A stretch of 63,381 nucleotides of DNA, filler included, from Chiloscyllium plagiosum (Eukaryota), in NCBI RefSeq assembly GCF_004010195.1. It is 5 parts of one record of this genome, joined end to end, with 100 filler letters (N's around TTAATTAATTAA, not from the genome) between each part and the next. Parts side by side here need not be neighbours in the genome. Positions count along the whole stretch, not along the records: positions 8,157 to 26,573 come from NC_057717.1; 4 more parts are not named here. One strand, 5' to 3'. A model generated the notes under the pieces. It ran no database searches, had not been told where the DNA came from, and saw nothing but the letters and a program-made list of their open reading frames with translations. The position numbers were made by a program, and so were the translations under genes. Of this stretch, positions 13,501 to 26,673 are shown one piece after another; position 1 is the first letter of the stretch, and each line of letters starts with the position of its first letter.

Positions 13501-15089
13501 CACTTTTCTGACTATTTGCAGATCACCTGACAGTCCAAAATACAAGGTCTATGAAACACTGTACAGTCCAAAATCTATCATGAAAAAAGTGAATTTGAAA
13601 ACAATATGTGATTAATGTTTTGCTTCATTCAGAGTACACAAAATAGAAAGGAAATTACTTTCTAGGGCCTTTTCAGGAAACATCACACAGCAGCGCAGGG
13701 AACACCACTCCAGGCAAGAGCATTTGCATTACTGTCTCTGTGTTATCTGCATTAGAATTAGGGCTTCAGAATTTTGATTCAAAAATATTGTATTAGGAGA
13801 GGACATCAAAAACACTTCACTGTAAGTGTGCTTGCATTTTGTTATTGAAGTTTCTAAACTCTGAATATGAATACATTCAAGAACTTGATATCCCCTTTCT
13901 GTCTCTAATCGTTATCACCAGCAACAAAGGTTTTGAAGAACAAATTCACCATCTATTGTAGTCACCCATCTGGAGTGTGGCCAGTTTCACTCAAATGGCT
14001 GAATGCAGGCTGCAGTCCTGAATCCAGAATCTCCAATCCTTCAAATAGCTGGCACACAATTGAGGCAAATGCTCAGTTAAATAACTTCATTTATCTTTTT
14101 ATGACCAATTGCAGGCATAGTAAGTGTGACAATCCAAACTGCGACGGAAATGAAACCTATAGTTCATCAGGAACAACTGAAGAAATTAAAGTGTCAGTTT
14201 GATCCAAAGTGCAATTTAATTCCTGATTAATATTGGAATAAAGGTTATTACTGGAGAATCAGCAATTCCTATGAAGTTATGTAGGCATTTCCTTCTGCAT
14301 ACATGCGAGAACAATGTCAAATACGCTATTCCAGGCCATAGTTAGCACATGACGGAAACTGCTGGGCTCTGCCTCCCAAGTGTATATTTTTCCTGGAAGT
14401 TAGATTGTGGTGTTTTTTTTTAAAACAAGACATTTGCAGTAATAATGTTGTGAATTGTGGTGGAACCCTGCTGCTTGGACTGAGAGCTGGAGCCAGCGCT
14501 GCTGTGAATGATGGCACCACTAATGTTGACATGCTGCTGATGTGGCCTGATCAAGAAGCTGTTGCTGGGTTACTATCCCAAGAATGAAACGGCCCAATCT
14601 AAAGAGCTGATGGTTTAATTGGAACAATAGCAGAGTGTCAAACCTTTCTGTGCCACCATTAATGTTTGCAATTGTTGAGCCAATACCCATTGATGAGGAA
14701 AAGTCAATCCCGTATGTAGAGCCAGTATCCAAAGCTCTTAAATGGAGATTTTGGACAGTTAGCTGCCCTTCTATAATTGCCCTAAGCTCTTTATTTGAGA
14801 CTTTTCTAGACTATGCAACACATGTTGAAGAAATTGGTTTGTCACATCCTTCATTTCCATGTTCTAGCCTGACTGTCAGTGGCTTGAAATCCTGACACTC
14901 CTATTCAAGTTTCTAAAAATGTTTTTATTCTGAACGTAAATGTTTGCTTAAATTGACTTAATGGCACTTGACCTTTTGCAGCTCTGAAAACATCAACTGC
15001 TGAAAGTGCAAGGGAGCTGGTGATTCTGGTTCTCCAGAAACTAAGAAGGTCATTGAAAAATAAGCTGAATACAATGTGTGACTGTCTAC

Positions 15090-15292
15090 TAACAGCTAGC
15101 AGATCTGGCTGCATCTGTGGAGTAAAAGCAGAGTTAATGTTTTTAGTTGAATGACTCATGTTCAGAACTTGAGATCTCTCTGAAGAAGGGTCACTTGAAT
15201 CAAGGTGAACTCTGCTTTCTCACCACAGATGCTACAAAATATGTTGAGTTTCTCCAGCAACTTCTGTATTTCTTTCAGATTGTCAGCTCCCA
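15090..15292. mobile_element. Old inverted pair of Penelope-type pseudo-LTR fragments
   Basis: ctggctgcatctgtggag... versus ...caccacagatgct..., with degenerate ctgaagaagggtcac hammerhead core. Confidence 0.6.
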
Positions 15293-15484
15293 CAGTTTGT
15301 TCTTTTACATTAAAGAAATTATTGACTGGCATGTAATCTTTGCTCGATAGTTAGTCTTGTAAAAAAACATTTTGGGTGGAAGCTTGCAGGGAATGCTGCA
15401 AACCTAATGCTGGGACTGAAACCTGGAGGTTTAGGCGTATGCTAAGGATGGTATATTACCAGCAGTGACCAATGAAGAGATTCT

Positions 15485-15580
15485 TCATTAATGAAGGACC
15501 TTTGCCTGAAACGGTGATTTTCCTGCTCCTCAAATGCTGCCTGACCTGCTGTGCTTTTCCAGCTCAATTCTAATCTAATA
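15485..15580 (+). mobile_element. Penelope-type pseudo-LTR fragment
   Basis: atgaaggacctttgcctgaaacg...gctgcctgacctgctgtgcttttccagc, homologous to 59552-59645. Confidence 0.7.
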
Positions 15581-18500
15581 TGAGGAGATTCTTGCCAGGG
15601 TTACTCATCAGTTGACTGTGCAGCTTACTTTCAAGAGTTGCTACTCCAATAAGAGGGAGGACAGATCAACATATTTCTGAGCCCTACTATTCATACTGAT
15701 CATCGCTGAGACTGCAAAGGTGGGCTCAATCAGGGAAATGAGGGAGGCAGGCTTGAGAGATCATGGAGAGTCAAGATGTCAAAGAGAACTGGTCTATGTC
15801 AGCATGGCTTAGCAATGAAAAAGGTGTCAGAGTCCCTACCTGCCATTTTCTAAATCCTACCACCTCTCAGTTAAAAGCCAGTGAATAATTGAGCATGCAT
15901 TAACACAAAGTCGTTCAATAATCATTTCCAGACCTTCAATGTTCAGGCCTTCAGTTGTTCACTTCAAAGCATTGGACTGGGCAATGAGGCTAAACATATT
16001 GAAAACACATTGACTACCTAACTCTCTGCTTCCCAATACTATTACATCGGCCACCTCCCCTCACCCCATCTCTTCAAAAAGAACAGGCCATGGTGTCCTG
16101 CAAACCTCTGTGAAAGTTGAAAAAAAGTCAACATATATTGCAGTCATAGCTTTTGAAAGTGGCCTATTTTAACAGAATGTAATGTGAACAGGAATTTCTG
16201 GAAAGCAGGAATTTCTGTAAGATTCCTCTTGACAACATCTCTCAGTGCTATAGCAAACACCACCATTCCAGACTACAGTCCCTCCCAATATTTGCATTAC
16301 TCCTGGTGAGTAGAGTGATTCCTCTTTGTTTTAAAAAAATGTTGTATCAGCTCAATAGAGTCTTTTGATCTTCAGGGTTTATTTCCAAATGTTTGCAAGT
16401 TGTTTATAGATGTAAGCCTTTTGCTTAATTTGTGATTCACGATGACTTTTGGCTGGAGACATTTTGACAGACCAGATTGTCAGGGGGATGGGAATCAAAG
16501 TTTGCCAGACTTGAGGAAGCAAGTTTGACTTGATCTGATTTTGATGTGGTTTAATTATGTTTCATTTGGAATACAACAACGTGAAAAGGGAATGTTGAAG
16601 AACCATTGATTCCTTCAAAATGTTTTGTGCAACAAGACGAATGCCAGTTCAGACAACAGCAGCTACATTACAGAGGCTGCTAGACTGCCTCCCAAGGAAT
16701 TTAATATTAGTGTCAGTGTTGTCTTAAACAGTAGTACCACCACCCTAAATGCTGAGACGGGAAATTACTTGCTGATCAATTTTGAGGTTCTGTTCCTGGC
16801 CTTTGGAGCTATAGTGAAAATACTGAAGAATTGGGTTCCTCTCCTTCACTCACCTCATCGCTTCTCTTTGTTTCTCTTTCCTGCTCATCCTCACCTCCCC
16901 ACCCACCATTCCACACTCCCTCCAAAATCATTGCTATCGTCTCCAGACTTTGGTGACATTTGATGAAATATGGCTACATATTTGAAGAAGTATGGCTATG
17001 GATTGGGACCAGCTCCTGATCTCCTCGCCTTGGTCTATCTCCTATACAATGTCGCCATTGAATGCTTCGCAAATTTTATAATTTAAATTGGCCGGAGGCC
17101 ATGTGTATCCACGGAGTCAGGCACTTTCCCTAGTAATAGTTATTTGTTTGAATCAAGCTTATAAAGTGCTTTCATGGCGAATTCAATAGAGACAGCATCA
17201 CATCCACACCGTTTCACTGATGTCATCAATTAATAGAAGCCTAAATACTGAGGTCATGACACTGCTCTGGGTCAGAGATCTGTAATTACTTCTGGGTTTA
17301 TTCTGGTCAGATCTTGCAGTAAACTCCGAATGAATGAAGGAGCAGGAAAGGAAAAGGAATAAAATTTTCTTTTCAACAATACAGCCAATACTGACTAATA
17401 TGACATGAACCTTCAATGAATTTGAAAAATGAGAAATTACTATATTCGGATTCTGAATCAAACATTGAGTTACAAATTGTGCTTGTAAGGTTTAAATTAG
17501 CAATAGTATGTGAAGAGCTTGTTTTTTTTTGTTAGATCAGGAAGTTAAACTTAAATCCTTGCATTTGGAATGTTTTCCCTCTGTCCAGTGCAGAAAGTCT
17601 TTATTTGATCTCTTTACTCCCCAACCACCAGCTCCTGCCCTCACAGCCAAAACTCTCGATGTTGATAAGAAGTGCCAAATATTAACTTTGTGATCATGCA
17701 CATATTTAAAATGATTAAACTGATACTTTATGATGAGTTGCAGCTGTGAAAATGTTGACACCTCATACTGTGAATTAGGCAGAAACATAAGTTTGTCAGA
17801 AACTAAAGGAAACAGATTGGCAAGTAAGTTTGATCTAATGTCAGATTTAAATCTGCTATGTTAGGGATCCAATAATGTGAAAGGGGAGTGCTGGCAGTTG
17901 TTGTAAGATTATGTCAGGATTGCCTCACGAAGGCATCCCATGGCAGCGTGGTGAACACTAACAGAGATGAGAACAATCACAGAAAACAACTGCTTGACTG
18001 ATTCAGAAATGCTGGGCTTATTTTGAGAGACCAATCTTGAATCAGCATAAAACATCCAAAGTTTTTCAATGGTCGGTTGAATTTTGCTTGTTTTTCAGTA
18101 TAAAGGTCTTGCATAGCCCAGAAATGGCTATAAACAATCGTGACATACTAAAGAAATGGTTTTCTCTTCTTTTCACTCTGTACTGTGTCTTCCACACCCC
18201 AACCCTAGCACTCCCTCATTGTGGCATACTGTAGACATCCTGTGGAATTCAAAAGAACCCTATATCAACACGGCCAAGATGGTTCATGATGCATCTTGAA
18301 AACAAATAAAGTCCCAGCAACATTTTCCAGATCATTGGACAGCATTGACAATACACTTCAGGGGGATGGGTGATGAAGGCAGCAATAACTAGTTACATTA
18401 GCAAGATTACAAGACTAGGATACAAAGTATACTGCTTTGTCATTACTCCCTATTAACTTCACCATTACAAGGCTAAAATCGGGTGCATTGGAATCTTCAC

Positions 18501-19132
18501 TGCTCACCTGGTAATTGGTTTAATTACAACAATAGTCAAGAAGCTCAATATGATCAAAGAGAGAGCAGTTTGATTGACTGGCAAAAAGAACTAATATACC
18601 CAATTTCCACTCCCTTCACCATCACTGATCTANNNNNNNNNNNNNNNNNNNNNNNNNNNNNNNNNNNNNNNNNNNNNNNNNNNNNNNNNNNNNNNNNNNN
18701 NNNNNNNNNNNNNNNNNNNNNNNNNNNNNNNNNNNNNNNNNNNNNNNNNNNNNNNNNNNNNNNNNNNNNNNNNNNNNNNNNNNNNNNNNNNNNNNNNNNN
18801 NNNNNNNNNNNNNNNNNNNNNNNNNNNNNNNNNNNNNNNNNNNNNNNNNNNNNNNNNNNNNNNNNNNNNNNNNNNNNNNNNNNNNNNNNNNNNNNNNNNN
18901 NNNNNNNNNNNNNNNNNNNNNNNNNNNNNNNNNNNNNNNNNNNNNNNNNNNNNNNNNNNNNNNNNNNNNNNNNNNNNNNNNNNNNNNNNNNNNNNNNNNN
19001 NNNNNNNNNNNNNNNNNNNNNNNNNNNNNNNNNNNNNNNNNNNNNNNNNNNNNNNNNNNNNNNNNNNNNNNNNNNNNNNNNNNNNNNNNNNNNNNNNNNN
19101 NNNNNNNNNNNNNNNNNNNNNNNNNNNNNNNN

Positions 19133-22100
19133 TTTAATGGTCGAATGCCTCCTGGCATTGGTCTGTCCACTAAAACTTTGTGTTCTTCAGCAAATCGGTT
19201 AACGGTGCCACTATACTGCTGAAGTTTGGAACAAACTTCCGATAGAATCCATTGACTCTGAAGAAGCAAAGCACCTTTTTCTTTGAGGTTGATCGTGGAA
19301 ATTCCTCGGAAGCTTTTGTCTTTGCATTTCATGGGATCAACCTTCCATGATCGATATTTTGTCCCAAGAACATCACGTCTGCTTTTGCGATTTCAAATTT
19401 GTTTAACTTTACCACCAGTTTTGTTTCTCGTATTCATTCAAAGAGCTCTGCCAACTGTACCAAGCGATCTTTCCAGGACTTACTAAAGACCAATACATCT
19501 TCCAAATGGTCTGCACAGTTTATTAACCAGGTCAGAACTCTGTTCCTGTGTCTTTGGAATGTGTTGGATGCGTTCTTCATTCCAAGTGGCATCACTTTGA
19601 ATTGATACAGTCCATTTGGAGTAACAATTCAGAAACTGTCTCTGATAAAGGTACTTGCCATTAACCACGCATTATGTCCAACTTGGTGATGTAAGTGACT
19701 TGTTCAACTTTCTCGATACAGTCCTCCAATGTCAGTGTTGGATATAAGTCTGATTTTGTAACAGTATTGACCTTCCAATAATCCAAGCAAAATCATTGAG
19801 TCCCATCCGGTTTGGGAAAGAGGATGATCGGCGAGCTCCACTCGCTCTGGTTTGGTTCGATGATGTCCTGATTGAGCATAGCCTCCACTTCCTTCTGGAC
19901 CTGTCTGGCTTTGATAGGATTAAGCCGATAGAGGTGTTGTTTTATCGGAACAGTATTCTATGCGTCTACTTCAGGTACAATGACATTAGCTCTCCCCATA
20001 TGATTCTTAAATCTGTCCGTATATTGCAATAACAAACTTTTCAACTGCGTCCTATGCTCCCGAGACAGAGAGTTTACTAACCTATCCTACTGCTCAAGGA
20101 CTTCTACATTTTTAGGCACATCAAAATTCACATTTGGAATTGATTTCTCATTCTGTAGGGCAGTATCTAACACTTGTTACTCCAATTCTTTCTCTCCTCT
20201 ACTTTTCAGAATGGTGCACTCGTTTATAAGCCACATAAAGGGGTATTCAAATGTGGGAATTGGCAACAGAGGTGCTACTTTCATTACTGCCTGTGGCCTA
20301 CCTATTATTTGGTATGTATGACAGGTATGCCAAAATTTAACCACATCTTTGTGCATTCCAGGTCAATAAAAATGTTTTTGTCCCTCAGCCTGAGTCTTTC
20401 GAACCCCGAGTTGACCTCCCACAGGTAACTCACGTGCGACCCATAACACCTCTTGTCTCGATGTGACCGGCAACACAATCTGGTGCATTTCAGCACATTC
20501 CCCTCTGCGCTAACCTGCCGTAGTCTCCATTTCCATCTTAGGATTCTATATTTCTGATAATAACCCTCAGGAATATCTCTGCCTCTCTTTCAGAGTACAC
20601 ATCCACGTATATATCTTTTATCATCTTGCCTGTCTTTTGCAAATTCCTTCGCCTTTCAGGACTAAACATCTCTGTCTGGTCAGGTTTTCCCTGCACCATT
20701 ATGTCAAACAGGGTATCAGCTAACTGAACCTTAACTCCTTCATCTTGTCTTTAGTTTGTGCTTCATGTTGTGACTTATGATAGTGGGATCTAGTTACTGG
20801 ACAGTCTGGGAAAATATTAGGATAGTTCTGTTTTGACTACTCAGTTTCTTGGTCTTCCTTTGGCTTCTGCACAACAAGACGTGTCGCCTCCAACTTTGAC
20901 CCTGCTAAATCACTCCCGAGAACAAACTGGATTCCTAGAAATGACACTCTGTCAGTCACTCCCACGGTTATCTCCTCAGACTTGAGAAGGCACTCCAACC
21001 TGATCTTATGTAGAGGAAAGCTATATTTCAGCCCATCTACCCCACAAATTACGACACTCTCGGGTAACAGCTCAGAAAGACTGCAAAATTGCTAATCTTT
21101 TGCTAATAAAATTATAATTTCTCCTTCTCCCCCGTTGTTTCTGAGTAAACTTTACTCACAGAGGCGAATTCTTTTTGGAGATCAGGTACAAACTCCATTC
21201 CCAGCCTCTGCATAGGCTGTTCACTATCGTGCAGCTCCTGGGCTTTTGTTGGGGCTTCCTGTAATACATTTACTAATGCCACTGGCTTAGTTTCTTTTAC
21301 CACATCTTCTCCCATAGTGCCTTTCTTAACAACCTGCACTGTAACCTTACGTATCCCACCTTATGGCAATGATACACCTTTTCCTAGTGCCTTTCTAAAA
21401 CCACTGGCACTCTGAATTTCTGTGTCCCACTCTATTGCAGTGAAAGCACCTAAGGCCTTTCACCTCCTTTATATCCTCTTGGCAATCGTCTTTAACCTGT
21501 GCTAAATTCTTATTCTCTACAGTTTCTTTCATAGTGTAGCATCTCCGATTCTCCCAAATTCGATCCTTGACAGGACGAAATTCTGGCTGGAAGCTTCTCG
21601 TACGCAGCAACATGTATTCATCTGCTAAGTCTCCTGCCCTTAATTTCTGAACTTTCTGTTCCTTCACGTGCATTCTTATCATCTCTGGAAGTAATGTTTT
21701 CAAATCCTTCGGCAGAATAATCTCCATCAGAGCCTCATAGGTCATATCTATCTTTAAAGCAAGCATCCATCTGTCAAAATGCCTGTGTTTGATTATTTCA
21801 AACTCAAAATAAGACTGACCTGATTACTTCTTTATGTTTCTCTATTGCTGACTATATGATTCTGGTACCAATTCGTGCGCACTTAAAATATCTTGTTTGG
21901 CGGCTTGAGAATCTCTTGATCCCTCATCTGACAGCGGAGAAAATACCACACTCGCTCTGCCTATCAATGTAGTCCGAAATAGCATTACCCATAAATCCTT
22001 AGATCACTCCAAATACCTAGCCAATTCTTCAAGTGAGATAAAGAAATCTTAAGCATCCTTCTCATTAAAATGTTGCAGAGTATTGACATAGTTGCAGAGA

Positions 22101-24716
22101 ACACTACCTTCTCTTTTGATCTCCATCTTTTTAATGTGACTTACCCTGACTCAATCACAACTTCTCAAGTTCAAATTCTCTCTCTTTTTGGTCAGCTAAG
22201 AACCTTCTCCTTCTCTCTTTTTTTTTTCTCTCTCTCTGTCTTCTGTCTTGCTTTCTGTTTCTTCTCTCTCTGTTTTTCTCTCCCTTTGTTAATCTTTAAA
22301 CTGCATTTTTCTCAATTGGAATTTAAGTTTTTTTTCTCACTACTGCACTTGTCTGTGTTTCTGACACACCTTCGTGTTTGAGAAATTCCCGGACAATTTC
22401 AGATATACTTTTATCCTTGGTTAAATCCAAATCTAACTTCTTTGCTAATTCTAAAANNNNNNNNNNNNNNNNNNNNNNNNNNNNNNNNNNNNNNNNNNNN
22501 NNNNNNNNNNNNNNNNNNNNNNNNNNNNNNNNNNNNNNNNNNNNNNNNNNNNNNNNNNNNNNNNNNNNNNNNNNNNNNNNNNNNNNNNNNNNNNNNNNNN
22601 NNNNNNNNNNNNNNNNNNNNNNNNNNNNNNNNNNNNNNNNNNNNNNNNNNNNNNNNNNNNNNNNNNNNNNNNNNNNNNNNNNNNNNNNNNNNNNNNNNNN
22701 NNNNNNNNNNNNNNNNNNNNNNNNNNNNNNNNNNNNNNNNNNNNNNNNNNNNNNNNNNNNNNNNNNNNNNNNNNNNNNNNNNNNNNNNNNNNNNNNNNNN
22801 NNAGGAAATTCTGGCTGGAAGCTTCTCGTACGCAGCAACATGTATTCATCTGCTAAGTCTCCTGCCCTTAATTTCTGAACTTTCTGTTCCTTCACGTGCA
22901 TTCTTATCATCTCTGGAAGTATATTTTTCAAATCCTTCGTCAGAATAATCTCCATCAGAGCCTCATAGGTCATATCTATCTTTAAAGCAAGCATCCATCT
23001 GTCAAAATGCCTGTGTTTGATTATTTCAAACTCAAAATAAGACTGACCTGATTACTTCTTTATGTTTCTCTATTGCTGACTATATGATTCTGGTACCAAT
23101 TCGTGAGCACTTAAAATATCTTGTTTGGCGTCTTGAGAATCTCTTGATCCCTCATCTGACAGCGGAGAAAATACCACACTCGCTCTGCCTATCAATGTAG
23201 TCCGAAATAGCATTACCCATAAATCCTTAGATCACTCCAAATGCCGAGCCAATTCTTCAAGTGAGATAAAGAAGGCTTAAGCATCCTTCTCATTAAAATG
23301 TTGCAGAGTATTGACATAGTTGCAGAGAACACTATCTTCTCTTTTGATCTCCATCTTTTTAATGTGACTTACCCTGACTCAATCAAAACTTCTCAAGTTC
23401 AAATTCTCTCTCTTTTTGGTCAGCTAAGAACCTTCTCCTTCTCTCTTTTTTTTTCTCTCTCTCTCTGTCTTCTGTCTTGCTTTCTGTTTCTTCTCTCTCT
23501 GTTTTTCTCTCCCTTTGTTAATCTTTAAAATGCATTTTTCTCAATTAGAATTAAGTTTTTTTTTCTCACTACTGCACTTGTCTGTGTTTCTGACACACCT
23601 TCGTGTTTGAGAATTTCCCGGACAATTTCAGATTTACTTTTATCCTTGGTTAAATCCAAATCTAACTTCTTTGCTAATTCTAAAAAATTGGCCTTTACCT
23701 TTCCTTCCAAAATTTCGTGGCAAATTGGAGAATCATCTTCAAACCCCTCTTAACATTTTTAGCAGCCATTTCGCTCACCTTTAATTTAAACAAACGCAAG
23801 TCATCGAAATTAAACAAGTTGCATCACTGACGTTTTATGTAACGATCTCGGACACGAACGTGCAAATGTTTGAATATATTTTGTTTTCTTTTCATCCCTC
23901 AAATCTATTCAAATCTCAGACTGGATCTGCCTAAACCTGTTCATATCGTGGACGAAAGGCCCCAAGCTGTTACGACACAGGGTTAACCCCTCTCCTAATT
24001 TAAACCAGCCACACAGAAAACGTTCACCTCATTTCATAATCTCTGAAATTTCGAGAGGCAAACATACATTTACAGAGGTCACTATTTAAAGTAAAATTAA
24101 CAATTTGCTATTTAAGTACAACAGAGAATAATAAATCTAACAACTGTTTCGAACTCCCTTCGGTTAAACGTATCTTTGATCTCCCACTCCACAATGCTGG
24201 TCAGATCAAACAAAAAAAAAGATTAAGGATTACAAAAAAATCACGTTTCAAAACCAGTCCACTTTGTCGATTCTCCTTTGTAGACTTTCCTCTGTAGAGT
24301 TTTCTCTCGGTTGGCTTCGATGTTCTGCTGTGTAAACCTCTTATCTCGGTTGGCTTCGATGTTCTGCTGTGTAAACCTCTTATAGACAGGTACCTTTCAG
24401 AACGTCCTTCAGCTCGCAGTCTATCTTTCTGGATGTCCTTGGTAGTTCTCCCCCTAAATGTTCAAAATGTCCAGTTTTATACCTCGAAACATAGGACCAT
24501 TTCATTGCTTTTGATGTCATCAAATATTTCAAACTCAATTTGATTTCAGTGTGTTGGGCCAAAATTTAAACTGGCCGAATCTGAATTGTTTTTCGTTTTG
24601 TGGCAACTCAGCTATTGATTTCACAGTCAAATGTTACATTTAACTTCTTTCAGAACACTTTTTGCCAGCTTCCATTCTCTCTTAAATGTAACATATATCT
24701 CTACACCTTCATAACA
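19133..24716 (-). mobile_element. Degenerate Gmr1-like Gypsy LTR retrotransposon (5' LTR, gag, protease, partial integrase, partial RT; 3' end in gap)
   Basis: Gag zinc knuckle CFHCNRVGHRNSEC (ORF 21395-21766); integrase Zn-finger remnant ~20250-20440; RT remnant (WQVPLSE, NGLYQFKV) ~19590-19670; LTR and PBS at right. Confidence 0.85.
23968..24716 (-). repeat. 5' LTR of Gypsy element
   Basis: Termini tgttac...ataaca; adjacent minus-strand tggggcctttcgtccacgat resembles the tRNA-Pro PBS (TGGGGGCTCGTCCGGGAT). Confidence 0.75.
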
Positions 24717-24898
24717 ATAACCTTTATCTGCCCTGCATAGCTTTCCATAAATTTGATCAACTTAGTAATTTCACATAATACTCTTTTCTGTTCCGAAAAG
24801 ACCCATTTTCTCTCATCCTTCCTTTACCTAAATCCTTCTTTCCAGTTATCATTCCAATTACTTGCAATGTTACTGGTATTCTTCGACAAAGAATTACA

Positions 24899-25027
24899 TT
24901 GTGTGTATGTGTGTGTGTCTGTGTGTGTATGTGTGTAAGTATGTGTGTGTGTGTTTGCATGAGTGTGTGTATGTGTGTGTCAATGTGTGTATGCATGTGC
25001 GTGTGTATGTGTGTATATGTGTGTGCA
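24899..25027. repeat. Imperfect (TG)n microsatellite
   Basis: Direct reading. Confidence 0.95.
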
Positions 25028-25454
25028 TTTTCTGAATAATTCTGTGTAACTGGACTGAGATGAAAGAATGAGATGTAATCACATTCCCATATGAAAGAGT
25101 AAATGTGCAACGTTTCCAAGCTTTCTGATATCAAAAACGATGTAAAAACCTTCTTTATTCATGGATTGGGAAAGTGAAAAAATGATGTTCATGGACCGAA
25201 CAGTAGTAATGTAATGAAACCTTTACTGGAATTATTGAACGACCAAATATTTCGTTTTCTTTTGAGAGTTTAAATTCAGCTTTTGTTTTCAATTCTATGT
25301 TGCATACGTTTTTATCAATATGCAATCAACATCGGTGACAAAACCAGAAGTTGCTGGAAATGCTCAGTAGTTGTGTCAGAGAAAGCAGATTCAACATAAT
25401 GTAGAGGAATGGATCTGAGTTGTTTGTGTTTTGCCAATAGTGGTCAGCGATGTG

Positions 25455-25600
25455 CCGCTTAGGTACATTAGTCAGGGGTAAATGCAGAGTAACAGAGTAG
25501 GGGAATGGGTCAGAATGGGCTACTCTTCAAAGGGTCAGCGTGGACGGGTTGTTTGAAATAGCTTGTTTCCCCACCGTCGGGAATCTACGATTCTATGATT
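25455..25600 (+). mobile_element. HE1 SINE 3' fragment
   Basis: tagtcaggggtaaat...gggaatctacgattcta matches the 3' part of 51796-52157. Confidence 0.7.
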
Positions 25601-25614
25601 TCTTCATAAAAAGG

Positions 25615-26573
25615 ATGGGCGGTGCCTGGATCAAGAATGTCTCCGAGCATGCTCAGTGCATATTGAAGTGGGAGGGTGAACAGACAGCGGTCGTGGTTCA
25701 CACTGATACCAATGACATAGCTAAGAAGAATGAAAGGTTGAAAGGCCCTGCAAAGGAAGTTAGGGGAGTTAGGGGTAAGTTTAATAGCAGGATCTCCAGG
25801 GTTGTATTCTTGGGATTACTCCCGGGCACCTGGAAGTGAGACAAGGAAGAGGAAGATAGTCGAGTTGAATATGTGGCAAAGAGCTAGTCTGGAAGGAGGG
25901 TTTCTGATTTTTGGATGATTCGGATCGCGTACAAAAAGGAAAGTGCGCACTTTAACTGGAACGGCCCCAACATCCTGGAAGGGAGGTGTGATTATGCAGA
26001 TTTAAGCTAATGATATAGGAGGCTGGGAACCGAAGCAGCAGGTCAGAAAATGAGCAGAAAGTAAAGGCTTGTCAAAAAAACATGCAGAGCTATTTCAATG
26101 ACCATGCTGAAGGAAGGAATCATAACAATTTTTAAAAAGTGAGTTGAAGGTTGGAGTATATGTAAGGCTCACGATTATCGGGGATCAATAAATAAGGATG
26201 GACAGCCTGTGAACGCAAGTATTAAAAGAGAAAGTTAAATCAATAGAACTTATGCTAAAAACTTTTTTAACTAAATGTGTGCAGTATTTGGAATAAAATG
26301 AATGAGCTGATAGCGCAAACAGAGAAAAAAATGGCAGAGTGGGCATGACTGAAATCTGGTTACATGAACGTCAGGACTGGGATGTTAAATGTCCAAGGCT
26401 GCTCAGTATTCAGACAAGAAGGAACAGTAGGTGGAGTGCCTGTATTGGTTAAGAATTATGTCAAGGCTGTATTAAGAAATGATATTAGCATGTGGGACAA
26501 AACTGATGAATCAGTCTGGTTTGAAACAAAACACATGAAAGGAAACCCATTGGTATGAGCATGTCCAGCCCAA
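25615..26573 (+). mobile_element. Degenerate CR1 LINE: ORF1 esterase and ORF2 start
   Basis: GEQTAVVVHTDTNDI...SRVVFLGLLP (ORF 25540-25839); 26314-26573 nearly identical to 1-261. Confidence 0.8.
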
Positions 26574-26673
26574 NNNNNNNNNNNNNNNNNNNNNNNNNNN
26601 NNNNNNNNNNNNNNNNNTTAATTAATTAANNNNNNNNNNNNNNNNNNNNNNNNNNNNNNNNNNNNNNNNNNNN

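Larger units (their letters stand above)
9090..18630. repeat. Tandem array of at least 5 diverged copies of an unidentified ~1.5-2 kb unit (possible decayed coding sequence)
   Basis: Collinear recurring anchors: caat(a/g)tgtga at ~9262/11790/13602/15072; gaatccaga...agctggcac at ~11605/12270/14020 (weaker ~10883); ttttgcttcattcagagtaca at ~11807/13618; taggagaggacatca at ~12001/13794; atttccttctgcat at ~12546/14287; tggcttgaaat at ~13416/14880. Confidence 0.75.

Noticed and set aside
11760..15060. Assignment of the tandem unit to Tudor, LRR/TLR, spectrin or INTS1-like families
   Set aside because: Only fleeting 4-6 residue resemblances; diagnostic motifs are absent, so no family name is given
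18483..19332. Long ORFs spanning N runs (also 22323-22994, 41429-42016, 5375-5660)
   Set aside because: Their length is an artefact of translating gaps
24757..25134. His/Thr-rich ORF
   Set aside because: Translation of the (CA)n microsatellite
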